Source: Cenarchaeum sp. (GTDB lineage: Archaea > Thermoproteota > Nitrososphaeria > Nitrososphaerales > Nitrosopumilaceae). From it: a DNA stretch of 64,000 bases. Where the stretch lies: the NCBI GenBank assembly GCA_963692915.1, contig OY843584.1:704001-768000 (forward strand). Direction: 5' to 3'. This document shows positions 28,915-39,291 of the stretch, in pieces. The notes beneath the pieces were generated by a model. It was given only the letters and a program-made list of their open reading frames with translations, was not told the origin of the DNA and did no database searches. Each line of letters opens with the position of its first letter. Within the stretch, counting starts at the first letter, position 1. The translations under genes were made by a program, and so were the position numbers.

Positions 28915-30099
28915 TTGGCGAGCGCGACGTTGGCAGGGCCATCGCTTCAGAGCCTAGTCACGGGAGGCGACGTCCCGGAGGCCCTCGGGGTCAGCGACGC
29001 GCTAGAGGCATACGAGGCGGCCATGCTCGACCCGTCAGGGCTAATGGCCACCGCACGCGCCGCGCGCGAGTCCGCAAGGGGCCATATCGTGTCATTCTCC
29101 AAAAAGGCGTTTGTGAGCGTGACGACGCTGTGCCGCGATGTCTGCTCGTACTGTGCGTACAGGTCAGAGCCCGGCGGCGAGGCGTTTATGCCAGAGGGCG
29201 CAGTCAGGGCGCTGCTCGAGAATGCCCGGCGCCACGGCTGCGTCGAGGCGCTCCTCGTTGCCGGCGAGCGGCCAGAGGAGAGGTATGACGAGGCGTCATC
29301 GTGGCTGCGACGCGCCGGCTTTGCGAGCACCGCCGAGTACATTGCGCGCTGCTCCGAGATTGCACTAGAGTGTGGCATGTTCCCGCACACAAATGCCGGC
29401 AACCTGACTAGCGCAGAGCTTGCGCCCTTGCGCGAGACGAATGCGAGTGTCGGCATGATGCTAGAGACGTCAAGTGAGCGCCTCGGCGGGGCCGGCATGC
29501 CGCATCATGGGGCACCAAGCAAGCGGCCTGCGGCCAGGATTCGCGCACTAGAGGACGCCGGACGCGCGGGCATTCCCACGACGACGGGCATACTTGTCGG
29601 GATAGGCGAGACGCCGCTTGAGGCAATAGAGTCGCTAGCAGAGATTGGCAGGATAAGCTCAGAGTACGGGCACATACAGGAGATCATTGTGCAAAACTTT
29701 CAGCCAGAGGACGGCACGGCCATGCGCGCCAACGCGCCGGCAGCGGCCGCACACCACGCGGCAATAGCGGCCATTGCAAGGCTAATGATGCCGTCCATGA
29801 ACGTGCAGGCGCCGCCAAACCTCACGCCGCACACATACTCACAGCTCCTCTCGGCGGGAATAAACGACTGGGGCGGCATATCGCCGGTGACGCCAGACCA
29901 CGTAAACCCCGCATTTGCGTGGCCCGCAATACGCGAAGTCGAGCGCCACACGCTAAAGGCAGGCCTTGGGTTCAGGTGCAGGTTTCCCGCATATCCGGAG
30001 CGCCTCGCGCAGATGCCATCACGCCTGCGCGACATGGCCCGTGAGTGCGATGACGGGGACGGGTATGTGCGCGAGGGGCGCTGGAGGACGGGGCAATGA
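28915..30099 (+). CDS. cofG: FO synthase subunit 1 (radical SAM)
   Basis: CRDVCSYC, PHTNAG, GMMLE, IQEIIVQNF, QAPPNL, NDWGGISPVT. Confidence 0.93.
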   Translation: MASATLAGPSLQSLVTGGDVPEALGVSDALEAYEAAMLDPSGLMATARAARESARGHIVSFSKKAFVSVTTLCRDVCSYCAYRSEPGGEAFMPEGAVRALLENARRHGCVEALLVAGERPEERYDEASSWLRRAGFASTAEYIARCSEIALECGMFPHTNAGNLTSAELAPLRETNASVGMMLETSSERLGGAGMPHHGAPSKRPAARIRALEDAGRAGIPTTTGILVGIGETPLEAIESLAEIGRISSEYGHIQEIIVQNFQPEDGTAMRANAPAAAAHHAAIAAIARLMMPSMNVQAPPNLTPHTYSQLLSAGINDWGGISPVTPDHVNPAFAWPAIREVERHTLKAGLGFRCRFPAYPERLAQMPSRLRDMARECDDGDGYVREGRWRTGQ

Positions 30100-31361
30100 G
30101 CCTCGTTTGCGACACGCTCATCAGGCGCGCAGAGCCTGCCATAGCCGACGTGCTAGAGGGCGTGCTGGCCGGCGAGGAGGTGTCAGCCGAGGAGGGCGCA
30201 CTCTTGTATTCTGCGCGCGGGGCAGACATGCACCTAGTCGGCATGGTCGCCGACGAGCTGCGCCGGCGCGCGTGCGGGGACACCGTGACATATGTCATAA
30301 ACCGCAACATTAACTTTACAAACGTCTGCGTAAAGCGCTGCCTCTTTTGCGCGTTTAGCCGCGACCACCGGACCGAGGAGGGATACATGCTTCCAGTCGA
30401 GGAGGTCGCACGACGCGCCGCCGAGGCCCACGAGATGGGCGCAACAGAGGTCTGCATACAGGCAGGGCTGCCCCCGGACATGGAGCCAGACCTGTACGAG
30501 CGCATATGCGCAGCAGTAAAGCGCGCGGCCCCTGGAATTCACATACATGCGTTCTCGCCCGAGGAGGTTCTTTACGGCGCAACTGCGGCCGGAACCACAG
30601 TCGAGGACTTTGTCATCCGGCTCAAGGACGCCGGAGTCGACACGCTGCCCGGAACGTCAGCAGAGATACTCGACCAGGGCATACGGGACCGCATATCGCC
30701 GGGGAGGATAAGCGTGGAGGACTGGATTCGCGTCATACGCGCCGCGCACCGTGCGGGAATAACGACGACATCAACGATGATGTTTGGCCACGTCGAGGAC
30801 GCCATGGACAGGACGCGCCACATGGCCACAATCAGGGACATACAGCGCGAGACGCGCGGATTCACCGAGTTCGTCCCGCTCAACTTTGTGCACGAGGAGG
30901 CGCCATTGGGTGCTCGCGAGAGCCTTGGCGCGCGCCACGGGGCAGGCGCGCCAGAGATCCTCCTCACGCACGCCATTGCGCGCATAATGCTTGCCGGCCA
31001 CATTGAGAACATACAGATGTCATGGGTAAAGGACGGGCCGATGATGGCGCGCGTCCTGCTCCACTGGGGCGCCAACGACTTTGGCGGCACGCTGATAAAC
31101 GAGAGCATATCGACATCAGCCGGCGCGCGCCACGGCCAGCTCCTCAGGCCCGCGCAGATACGCCAGGCCATACGCGATGCGGGCCGCGTGCCGGCCCAGA
31201 GGCTGACTGACTATACTGTGGCCAAAGAGTACGCGCGCGGCGGGGACACCGAGGAGGGCGCCCTCGATGCCGTCGCCGACGAGTCGCGATTTGGCTCGTA
31301 CGAGGAGCTTGTGAGCATAGACACCTACAGGTACAGGCGTGCGCGCAGGGGAGGCTCCTGA
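30096..31361 (+). CDS. cofH: FO synthase subunit 2 (radical SAM)
   Basis: NRNINFTNVCVKRCLFCAF, HAFSPEE, PGTSAEIL, SWVK, ANDFGGTLINE. Confidence 0.93.
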   Translation: MSLVCDTLIRRAEPAIADVLEGVLAGEEVSAEEGALLYSARGADMHLVGMVADELRRRACGDTVTYVINRNINFTNVCVKRCLFCAFSRDHRTEEGYMLPVEEVARRAAEAHEMGATEVCIQAGLPPDMEPDLYERICAAVKRAAPGIHIHAFSPEEVLYGATAAGTTVEDFVIRLKDAGVDTLPGTSAEILDQGIRDRISPGRISVEDWIRVIRAAHRAGITTTSTMMFGHVEDAMDRTRHMATIRDIQRETRGFTEFVPLNFVHEEAPLGARESLGARHGAGAPEILLTHAIARIMLAGHIENIQMSWVKDGPMMARVLLHWGANDFGGTLINESISTSAGARHGQLLRPAQIRQAIRDAGRVPAQRLTDYTVAKEYARGGDTEEGALDAVADESRFGSYEELVSIDTYRYRRARRGGS

Positions 31362-31452
31362 GCGCCCCACGCGCGCATGGATGCCACTCATAGGCGTATT
31401 ATACCGCAATAGTACGGTACTCTTTTATAGCCCCCAAATCCGCCCCTGACGC

Positions 31453-31635
31453 ATGAGCCAGATGATGCTCCAGCGGTCGCGGCTAGCGCCTGTGCAGAGC
31501 GCAGGCGTCGTCGTGCCATTCGAGTGTGCCGTGTGCGGGCGCGGTCCGGGCGACGGGACTGCGATCACGTCAAGGGCCGAGGCCGGCGTCGAGATGATGC
31601 TGTGCGACTCGCACATTGGCACACGCGGCGCATAG
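31453..31635 (+). CDS. Small zinc-binding hypothetical protein
   Basis: CAVC...CDSH; TTTTATAG upstream. Confidence 0.6.
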   Translation: MSQMMLQRSRLAPVQSAGVVVPFECAVCGRGPGDGTAITSRAEAGVEMMLCDSHIGTRGA

Positions 31636-31690
31636 GCGCAGCCCACGTTTTTTGGCAATGCGCCATGCCCCACCATTTTGCAATGGCAGA

Positions 31691-33391
31691 TTACGCCATC
31701 GGCCGAGTCACCGCGCCGTTGGCAGCCGAGCCGACAAGTGAGGCATACTTTGCGAGGGCACCACGCACATAGTTTGGCCCCGGTGGCCTCCATGACCTGC
31801 GCCGCTCGTCAAGCTCGGCTGCCGGAACGTTGAGCTCAATTGTTCCCCCAGTGATGCTGATCGATATTTCGTCACCGTCGCGAACCAGCGCAATGTTTCC
31901 CCCGACAAAGGCCTCCGGAGCCGCATGGCCAACCATAAATCCGCGTGTCGCACCAGAGAACCTCCCGTCAGTCACCATTGCGACGCGCTCGCCGAGTCCC
32001 TGGCCGGCAAGGGCCGCAGTCACGGCGAGCATCTCGCGCATTCCTGGACCGCCACGCGGACCCTCATACCTGATGACCACAACGTCACCGGCGACAATCT
32101 CGTTTCTCGAGACGGCCTCAAAGGCGTCCTCCTCGCGATCAAACGTGCGTGCGCGGCCGGTAAACTCGGAGATCTTTACGCCAGACGTCTTTACGACTGC
32201 CCCTTCGGGCGCAAGCGAGCCGCGCAGGATCACAGCAGTGCCGCTGGGGTGTATCGGGGAATCCGGTGCGCTCACGACATCCTGAACCGTGTCAATTGCG
32301 ACTGACTCGAGGTTCTCGCGCATCGTCTTGCCCGTGACGGTAAGGCAGTCACCGTTTATGAGCCCGCGCGACATGAGCATCTTTAGCACGTACGGGATGC
32401 CGCCAACCTTGTCGAGATCAAGCATGACGTGGTTGCCGCCGGGCTTCATGTCCGCAATGTGCGGCGTCTTTTTGCGTATGCGCTCAAAGTCGTCATACGA
32501 CACGCCCATGTCAAGCTCGGCAGAGAGCGCAAGGATGTGGAGTATGGCGTTCGTCGAGCCGCCGACGGCGTTGAGCATGGCGATCGCGTTCTCAAAGGCC
32601 TCAAACGTCATGATGTCACTTGGGCGCGTGCCTGACTCGAGGAGGCGCACGCACGCCGAGCCGGCCCTGACGCACACGGCCTCGCGCGCCTCGCCCTCGG
32701 CCGGAGGCGACGCGCTGCCCGGAAGGGCGATTCCGAGCGCCTCGGATATCGAGGCCATCGTGTTGGCAGTAAACATGCCGCCGCACGAGCCGGCGCTCGG
32801 GCATGCGTGATCCTCTATCTCCTTGAGCGACTCGGCCGAGAGCGTGCCGGCGTTGTACGCCCCGACTGCCTCGTACACGTCCTGTATCGTCAGGTTGCGC
32901 TCGTCTAGTATGCCCGGCATTATCGTGCCCCCATAGACAAAGACTGACGGTATGTCAAGGCGGGCCATCGCCATCATTGTGCCCGGAAGGCTCTTGTCGC
33001 ATCCGGCGATTCCGACTAGCGCGTCATACTGGTGTGCGCGAACCATCAGCTCTATCGAGTCGGCAATGACCTCGCGGCTCACAAGCGAGGACTTCATGCC
33101 CTCATGGCCCATCGCAATCCCGTCACTCACTGCGATAGTCGAGAACTCTCGCGGTGTTGCGCCGGCCTCCGAGACGCCGCGCTTTGCGCTCTCGGCGAGT
33201 CGGCCAAGGTGGATGTTGCATGGTGTCGCCTCGTTTCCGGTATGTGACACGCCGACAAAGTGTTTTGAGATGTCTGCGTCATCGAGGCCCATGGCCTTGT
33301 ACATTGCCCTGTGCGGCGCGCGCGCGGCACCCTCCACGACATTGCGGCTCGATATTCCATGCGTTCTCGCAGCCGCCGAGGCGTCAGGCAT
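31691..33391 (-). CDS. ilvD: Dihydroxy-acid dehydratase
   Basis: [51 protein letters not shown]. Confidence 0.97.
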   Translation of the reverse strand: MPDASAAARTHGISSRNVVEGAARAPHRAMYKAMGLDDADISKHFVGVSHTGNEATPCNIHLGRLAESAKRGVSEAGATPREFSTIAVSDGIAMGHEGMKSSLVSREVIADSIELMVRAHQYDALVGIAGCDKSLPGTMMAMARLDIPSVFVYGGTIMPGILDERNLTIQDVYEAVGAYNAGTLSAESLKEIEDHACPSAGSCGGMFTANTMASISEALGIALPGSASPPAEGEAREAVCVRAGSACVRLLESGTRPSDIMTFEAFENAIAMLNAVGGSTNAILHILALSAELDMGVSYDDFERIRKKTPHIADMKPGGNHVMLDLDKVGGIPYVLKMLMSRGLINGDCLTVTGKTMRENLESVAIDTVQDVVSAPDSPIHPSGTAVILRGSLAPEGAVVKTSGVKISEFTGRARTFDREEDAFEAVSRNEIVAGDVVVIRYEGPRGGPGMREMLAVTAALAGQGLGERVAMVTDGRFSGATRGFMVGHAAPEAFVGGNIALVRDGDEISISITGGTIELNVPAAELDERRRSWRPPGPNYVRGALAKYASLVGSAANGAVTRPMA

Positions 33392-33392
33392 G

Positions 33393-33992
33393 TCAGCTCA
33401 GTATCGGCTGGTCATCAAGCCTGGCGAGCTGCTCGGCGAGCCTTTCGTCATCCTCATCACCATAGGATATTAGCACCTTGTCGCCGTCCTCTACGACATA
33501 GTCAGTTATGCCGGGAACAGACTCGCCGTTGATGTAGAACTTTAGCGCAAAGTCCTCATCTGTGCAGAACGTGCGCGACCGGTCAGGGAAGACATAGCAC
33601 TCATCGGTGAGCTCCACGTCAAGGGTCTCAAAGAGGTAGCCCAGCGTCACATTGGCCGCATGGCGATGTATCGTCGTGCCGTCCTGGTTCTCAAAGTGTA
33701 TCCAGTTGTCCTGAACCTGGTACGACTGGCCAGAATACTCAAACCTGTCCCCATGTATGAGCGTGAGTACCGAGGCGTGCTCGTGCTCGCCACCCAGAGG
33801 ACCGGCACCAGGAGGCGAGCCAGGAAGGTTGCCGCCGCTGTCGATAAACGTGATCGCAGCATACGCGACGATCGCGCCGACTGTGGCCAGGACGCCTGCG
33901 GCGATTAGCTGGTTCTTTCTCTTTGCCTTTGTGCGCTTTGCCGCAAAGGTCTCGCGCTTCTCCACGCGCTCGCGGCGTGCTTTTTTGCCCAT
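33393..33992 (-). CDS. Membrane-anchored hypothetical protein with His motifs
   Basis: Basic N-terminus, one TM helix, HEH...IHFE...IHRH. Confidence 0.7.
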   Translation of the reverse strand: MGKKARRERVEKRETFAAKRTKAKRKNQLIAAGVLATVGAIVAYAAITFIDSGGNLPGSPPGAGPLGGEHEHASVLTLIHGDRFEYSGQSYQVQDNWIHFENQDGTTIHRHAANVTLGYLFETLDVELTDECYVFPDRSRTFCTDEDFALKFYINGESVPGITDYVVEDGDKVLISYGDEDDERLAEQLARLDDQPILS

Positions 33993-34346
33993 TCTGCGGC
34001 CACGGGCCAGATCGCCCTAATTAAGCTAAACGCGCGCCCTGCAGCTTGCCATGTGCGCAGAACAGGCCCAAAACGGCCATATCATGGTTTAGACCCCTCG
34101 GCCGGGTTGTCTTGTACGAAAAGTAGTGGACTAGGCAAGAATGATTGCCTGGCGCAGATCCGGGAAGCCCCCTGAGAGCCTACTGGTCCGACAGGCTGCC
34201 GAAATACGCGTTTGAGGTGAAGGGCTCTGGAGCCGGTGAGCCATGTCGCCCATGAAGACGGGCACGAGAAGCTCGAGGGGCGGAGGATGACAGTGAATAG
34301 GTCTGCTTTTGTGCTGAACAGGCCAGCATATGCGTGAGCGTGCGGT

Positions 34347-35297
34347 ATGTCGACGTGTATGGGCACGGCAACGCCGGCCATAGTCGTGATCCGCACCGTC
34401 GCGCTGGGCTCCACCGAGGTCGACTTTGACGAGGCCGTCAGGTTTGGCGACTCGCCGACGGCCGCGCAGCACGCCGAGCACTGGACCGTCATGGAGGGCT
34501 CCAATGGAAGGGCAGTCGATGGAGCCGAAGTGGTCAGGGGCGGGCTGACCGTGCGCCTCTCGCACGCGGAACTCTCGGGTGCGGCATCCATGCCCACCGT
34601 GGCGTACGCGCGGGACGCCGACGATGCGGCGCGCGTGCGGGACTGGGCGACGGCGCCCAACCTCCTGGCCGACGCGCCAGCAGAGGCCGCCGCCGACGGC
34701 CTGCCGCCGCGCGTGACAGACCTGGCAGTGACCGTATCGCGCCCCGGTGAGGCCGACGCGCCAGCGCGCACGTACGCGCGGGCAGGGGACACGGTCACAG
34801 TCACGGCGACGCTGAGCGAGGGCGCCGGCACGACCGACCCCACGATACTCATCGGCGAGAGGAGCTTTGGCATGACGTCGCCGGGCATAGCCAGGCTGTC
34901 CTGGACGCACGCATACGCGGTGCCGGCGACGGACGCCGCGCAGGGCGAGTTTGCGTTCCTCGTCAGCGCGGCAGACGTCGGCGGTAACCCCGTGCGCGCG
35001 GCACACCCCACGTCAGGCGGCGCGTTCATCGACACCGTGCTGCCAACGTTTACGGCGCGCACGCTCGGGGACGGAGCTGTTGGGGTCACCTTCGCCGAGC
35101 CGGTGAGCGGCACTGTGGAGGCCTCCGAGTGGACAGTCATGGGGGCAGCGGCGACCGGCGTGGCCGACTCCACGGACGGCCCGTTCGGCGACTCGCTTGA
35201 GCTCGAGTCGGCCACGGCGTTTGTCCTAGAGCACAAATCCCGGACCGACACGGGCGGCACGCCAGCAGTCGTGTACAGCCCGCGCGCCACATCCTAG
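34347..35297 (+). CDS. Ig-like/surface-protein domain fragment
   Basis: Beta-rich, T/A/V-rich; YARAGDTVTVTAT, DTVLPTF...VTFAEPV; no signal peptide. Confidence 0.5.
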   Translation: MSTCMGTATPAIVVIRTVALGSTEVDFDEAVRFGDSPTAAQHAEHWTVMEGSNGRAVDGAEVVRGGLTVRLSHAELSGAASMPTVAYARDADDAARVRDWATAPNLLADAPAEAAADGLPPRVTDLAVTVSRPGEADAPARTYARAGDTVTVTATLSEGAGTTDPTILIGERSFGMTSPGIARLSWTHAYAVPATDAAQGEFAFLVSAADVGGNPVRAAHPTSGGAFIDTVLPTFTARTLGDGAVGVTFAEPVSGTVEASEWTVMGAAATGVADSTDGPFGDSLELESATAFVLEHKSRTDTGGTPAVVYSPRATS

Positions 35298-35415
35298 CGC
35301 GCCTGCCCAGGGTCGCGTGACCCGCCCATGATCCGCAGCCGCCATCCCCGCCGTGCGCAGTGCCGCGCCCACCCGATCGCCACTGATAATAGGCGGGTCG
35401 GCAGGCACTGCGCGC

Positions 35416-35817
35416 GTGGAGTGCATATTTTGCGACATTGTGGCCAAAAGGCGCCCCGCGCACATGGTATACGAGGACGAGCGCCACGTCGCGTTCCTTG
35501 ACAAGTACCCCATAGACGAGGGCCACACGCTAGTCGTGCCAAGGGAGCACCACGAGAGGATAACGGACATGCGGCCCGATGACGTCGCGGCCCTCTTTGC
35601 CACAGTTCCCGGCGTGGCGAGGACAATGATGGCGGCCACGGACGGCGTGGCGTTCAATATCGCGCAGAACAACGGCAGGGAGGCCATGCAGATAGTCCCG
35701 CACGTGCACGTGCACGTCATTCCCCGCAAGGCCGACAGGAAGGCAGGATGGACAAAGCGCCGCATACCCGAAGACGCCGAGCTTGCCGAGCTCGCAGCGC
35801 GCGCACGCAGTGCCTAG
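35416..35817 (+). CDS. HIT family hydrolase
   Basis: CIFC, GHTLVVP, HVHVHVIP; GTG start. Confidence 0.92.
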   Translation: MECIFCDIVAKRRPAHMVYEDERHVAFLDKYPIDEGHTLVVPREHHERITDMRPDDVAALFATVPGVARTMMAATDGVAFNIAQNNGREAMQIVPHVHVHVIPRKADRKAGWTKRRIPEDAELAELAARARSA

Positions 35818-37097
35818 CGCCCAGAGTGGCCAGGGTTGTAGCGCAGGATCGCCCCAACTCCCCCAAGGCTAGAGAGCATTGCGCCATGCTCGGCGTTCCC
35901 CGAGATCACCTCCACGCGCGATCCCACCTTTGATGCCACAAGTGACGCATAGTCCACGATATCCTGCGAGTGGACCTCCATGTCAGATGACGAGCATGAC
36001 GCGCAGCCTGCCGAGAGGAGCGCAGACTTGCGCGGAATGACTTCGGCCATGCGCACGTGCTCCTCGGCCTCTGCGCCGCACTTGCGGCACTTGGAGGCAA
36101 TGCGGTGCATGTCAATCGTGTCAGTCACAAGGAGCGTCTCGACAATATTGTCGCGCAAGAGCCCGAGAACCTCGTCGAGGCCATAGGCGCCCTTGCCAGA
36201 GTGCGAGTTTATCTCCCTAAACAGCGCAGCGACTGCGGTCTTTTCCTCAACCATCCTAAAGTCGGCGAGCACGTCACTGGACCTCGCAAAGGCCTCTCGC
36301 ACGCCCTCGGCGCCCGCATACGACGTGTCAAGCGTGGAGAGAACCATGTCCTGGAGACGGTACTCGAGATACCCCCCGTTGACAAACTCCTCCTTTGTCG
36401 GGCCTGGACCGGACACGACCAGGCCCCTAATCTTGTAAATGTCGATAAAGTACTCGCGCGTCGTCTCGGCAACTCTGTTGAAATAGTGCGTGAGCTCCTG
36501 CTCGCGCAGCTTTTGGAACCTCTTGGCGGACTGGCCCCCCTGCCTGTGCTTGCCGGCCACGCCGGAGCCCGTCTCGGAGAGGACATCAAGGCGGTCACCA
36601 TGAAGGAGACCCCAGCCGGCGTCCTTTGCGTCTATTGCGAGAAACCCTATGAGGTTTTCGTCCTTTAGCATGTCCTTTAGCAGGTCCACGTGAAAGTGGT
36701 CATCGCACCTGTACAGGTATGTCTTTAGGTCCTTTGGGGGGTCAATCTCGTATGCCTGCACGGTCTCGCTGCCGAGCGGGCCGCCCCCCTCCGGCGGAAG
36801 CGCGCCGCAAAAGATCACAAGGCCGCGTTCGGGTGTCCTCTTGTACAGGCGAAGTCGCTGTATGACCTTGCCGAGTGAGTCGACAACGTGCGTTCGCGTT
36901 ACATCGGACTTTATGTTTGACGCCGTGCCCTGCTCCTCGCGCAGGCCATTGATCACCTCGTGGAGCTGCTTGCCCTTTGGTATGTAGACCGTTATGAGTT
37001 CCGTGCCATGGCCTGACTTGCGGGACAGCTCGTCTAGTGTCTTGCGTATCTTGTACATCTTTACAGAGTCGTGCTTTTCGATGGCGATCTTTGCCAT
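35814..37097 (-). CDS. prf1: Peptide chain release factor aRF1
   Basis: GTELITVY, ASNIKS, YRCDDHF, GGQS, C-terminal Zn ribbon. Confidence 0.96.
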   Translation of the reverse strand: MAKIAIEKHDSVKMYKIRKTLDELSRKSGHGTELITVYIPKGKQLHEVINGLREEQGTASNIKSDVTRTHVVDSLGKVIQRLRLYKRTPERGLVIFCGALPPEGGGPLGSETVQAYEIDPPKDLKTYLYRCDDHFHVDLLKDMLKDENLIGFLAIDAKDAGWGLLHGDRLDVLSETGSGVAGKHRQGGQSAKRFQKLREQELTHYFNRVAETTREYFIDIYKIRGLVVSGPGPTKEEFVNGGYLEYRLQDMVLSTLDTSYAGAEGVREAFARSSDVLADFRMVEEKTAVAALFREINSHSGKGAYGLDEVLGLLRDNIVETLLVTDTIDMHRIASKCRKCGAEAEEHVRMAEVIPRKSALLSAGCASCSSSDMEVHSQDIVDYASLVASKVGSRVEVISGNAEHGAMLSSLGGVGAILRYNPGHSGR

Positions 37098-37157
37098 GTC
37101 ATGCACCACCATGCCCGCCAACGCGTGCCATATGGCAGGGCATAGCCCTGCCCACGG

Positions 37158-37784
37158 TCATAGCTCGTCAAAGACGCGCAAAAACACGTCAAGTGGCTGG
37201 TTGCCACGTATCTTGAACACCTTGTCCCCGTTTGATATCAGGAACGTTGGGGTCGCGTTAATTCCCTTTGACTGGCCGTGCTCATAGACCTCCAACACGC
37301 GCGAATCATGGCGCGACGAGTCAACACACTCGCCAAATGCCCCGGCGTCAAGTCCCGTGTCATCAGCAAAGCGCTTGAGTGACGACGGCGTTATCCAGCC
37401 GGTTCGCTCTCCACCCCAGTTCTCGTATAGCGCGTCATGGTACTCCCAGTACATCCCCTGCTCTCCGGCACAATGCGACGCCGAGGCGGCCATGAGCGAG
37501 TCCGGGCCATTGAGTGGAAAGTCCATAAAGACGAGCTTTGCCCTGCCCGTCTCGACATAGTCGCGCTTTATGATCTCAAGGGACGACCCGTGGAACATCT
37601 GGCAGTTCGTGCACTGATAGTCACCCCACTCCTCTATCGTGATCGGCGCGTCAGGATCGCCGAGCTCCATGATCGCATAGGCTGGCGTAGGCGCAGGCGT
37701 GCCTGTCCCCCCCATCGCCACGGCCGAGTATGCCACGGCCACCACCGCTGCGGCGGCCACGGCGAGCACAAGTGTGCGCCTCAT
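37158..37784 (-). CDS. DsbA-family thiol-disulfide oxidoreductase
   Basis: Signal anchor; GDYQCTNC; GINATPTF. Confidence 0.87.
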   Translation of the reverse strand: MRRTLVLAVAAAAVVAVAYSAVAMGGTGTPAPTPAYAIMELGDPDAPITIEEWGDYQCTNCQMFHGSSLEIIKRDYVETGRAKLVFMDFPLNGPDSLMAASASHCAGEQGMYWEYHDALYENWGGERTGWITPSSLKRFADDTGLDAGAFGECVDSSRHDSRVLEVYEHGQSKGINATPTFLISNGDKVFKIRGNQPLDVFLRVFDEL

Positions 37785-37884
37785 GGTGCGCCATGACCGA
37801 TCTAGGCGTTATAATGTATTGCCCCGCCATGAGTGCCCGGAGGGGCGCAAAATACTTAAATCAACGGCAGGGAGCGTGCGTGTA

Positions 37885-38094
37885 TTGACGCAGGCACAGA
37901 TCGCAGTACCGGCACGGATAGCCCGATCGGCGCTAATCGCGCTGGCCGCAGTCTTTGTCATAGGCGTGTTTGCCATGGGATTTGACCAGGGTCACATCCT
38001 CAGCGTCGTCGAGGGCTCACAAGCCTTTGACACAATGTACCTCCACGAGCTCTCCCACGACGTGAGGCACGCCGCAGGGTTCCCGTGCCACTAG
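37885..38094 (+). CDS. cbtB: Cobalt transporter subunit CbtB
   Basis: TM helix then HELSHDVRHAAGFPCH. Confidence 0.88.
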   Translation: MTQAQIAVPARIARSALIALAAVFVIGVFAMGFDQGHILSVVEGSQAFDTMYLHELSHDVRHAAGFPCH

Positions 38095-38100
38095 CACATC

Positions 38101-38829
38101 ATGCGCTCTGCGAGGTTTATCGCCATAGTGCTCGCATCCGGAGCCATAGCAGGCCTGGTATTTGGCTCGACTAGCTCAATCCTTGCCGGCCCCTACCTCG
38201 AGGGCGCAGTCATGCTCGAGGCGCAGGGAATCGCGCGCGCCGGCGTGCCCAACGAGAACGCGTTCTGGGCAGGATATGCCGAGTACAGGGGCTGGCAGGG
38301 CGGCGGCGCGCTGCTTGCGTCAGTTGTTCTTGGGTGCGCATTTGCGGCCATGTATGGCCTTGTCTACCTGCTCTATGGAAGGCACGTGCCGGGCGCGACG
38401 AATCGTACAAAAGAGTTTGCGCTAGCCGGCGCAATGTGGTTGGCGCTCTATATTGTCCCCCTTGCAAAGTATCCTCCTGGCCTTCCTGGCGACGGGGATC
38501 CCGCAACGCTTGACATGCGAATTGGGCTCCATGTGACCATCGTGCTGATCTCGGGCATCTCGGCCATATGCCTTCATCGAGCCTCGATTGGCGCAAACGG
38601 CATAAAAAAGACCCCGTTTGCTGCCGCATGGGTCGCAATTGTGGTCACAGCCGTTATGCTAATGCCGTCTAGTCCAGACACGGCAACGTCGCCCCAGTCG
38701 TCGATTGACGCGTTTAGGGCAACATCTGCGATTGCCGTGACCGCATACTGGGTGGCGCTTCCGGCCATCTTTGGCGCATTCTGGCGCCGATATGGCCATG
38801 ACGTCCATATGCAAACACCACGCGGGTAG
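38101..38829 (+). CDS. cbtA: Cobalt transporter subunit CbtA
   Basis: Multi-TM; PLAKYPPGLPG; follows cbtB. Confidence 0.82.
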   Translation: MRSARFIAIVLASGAIAGLVFGSTSSILAGPYLEGAVMLEAQGIARAGVPNENAFWAGYAEYRGWQGGGALLASVVLGCAFAAMYGLVYLLYGRHVPGATNRTKEFALAGAMWLALYIVPLAKYPPGLPGDGDPATLDMRIGLHVTIVLISGISAICLHRASIGANGIKKTPFAAAWVAIVVTAVMLMPSSPDTATSPQSSIDAFRATSAIAVTAYWVALPAIFGAFWRRYGHDVHMQTPRG

Positions 38830-38887
38830 AGTGCGCGTGCAAGGTTGTGGATTCTGGTTATAGTTTAAATAATTCTACACTGTCCAC

Positions 38888-39232
38888 ATGAACACAATGG
38901 CAAAGCGCCGCCCAAGCCTGCTGCAGCTCAAAAAGTATGACGTGACGCAAAAGGTCATAGCCGCACTGACCAACGTCGAGTCTCGCGCGATACTCTTTGC
39001 GACCGTAAAGTCCGGAAGAACCGCCCCAGAGCTCTCCGCACGCCTGCGCATACCCCTCAGCACCGTATACAAGAAGATATCAGAGCTCGAGGAGATTGCG
39101 CTCATCGATAGGCAGATCACCTTTAACGAGGCTGGCGGGAGGGTAAAGGTGTGCAAGTCGCGCATAAACGCAGCCGAGATCCGTGTGAGGGGGACAGAGC
39201 CGCGGGTCGTCCTCTCGCAGAACGTGCGCTGA
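38888..39232 (+). CDS. ArsR-like winged-HTH regulator
   Basis: ELSARLRIPLSTVYKKISELEE. Confidence 0.8.
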   Translation: MNTMAKRRPSLLQLKKYDVTQKVIAALTNVESRAILFATVKSGRTAPELSARLRIPLSTVYKKISELEEIALIDRQITFNEAGGRVKVCKSRINAAEIRVRGTEPRVVLSQNVR

Positions 39233-39291
39233 GGCGCCGGCTAGACACGGTTGCGCCATAGGGTTATTTAGCCACGCAAGTGGCTCGCGTC

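Noticed and set aside
34082-35290. 402-aa minus-strand ORF and other long antisense ORFs (e.g. 27636-28859, 8893-9846)
   Set aside because: Shadow frames of GC-rich genes without recognisable motifs
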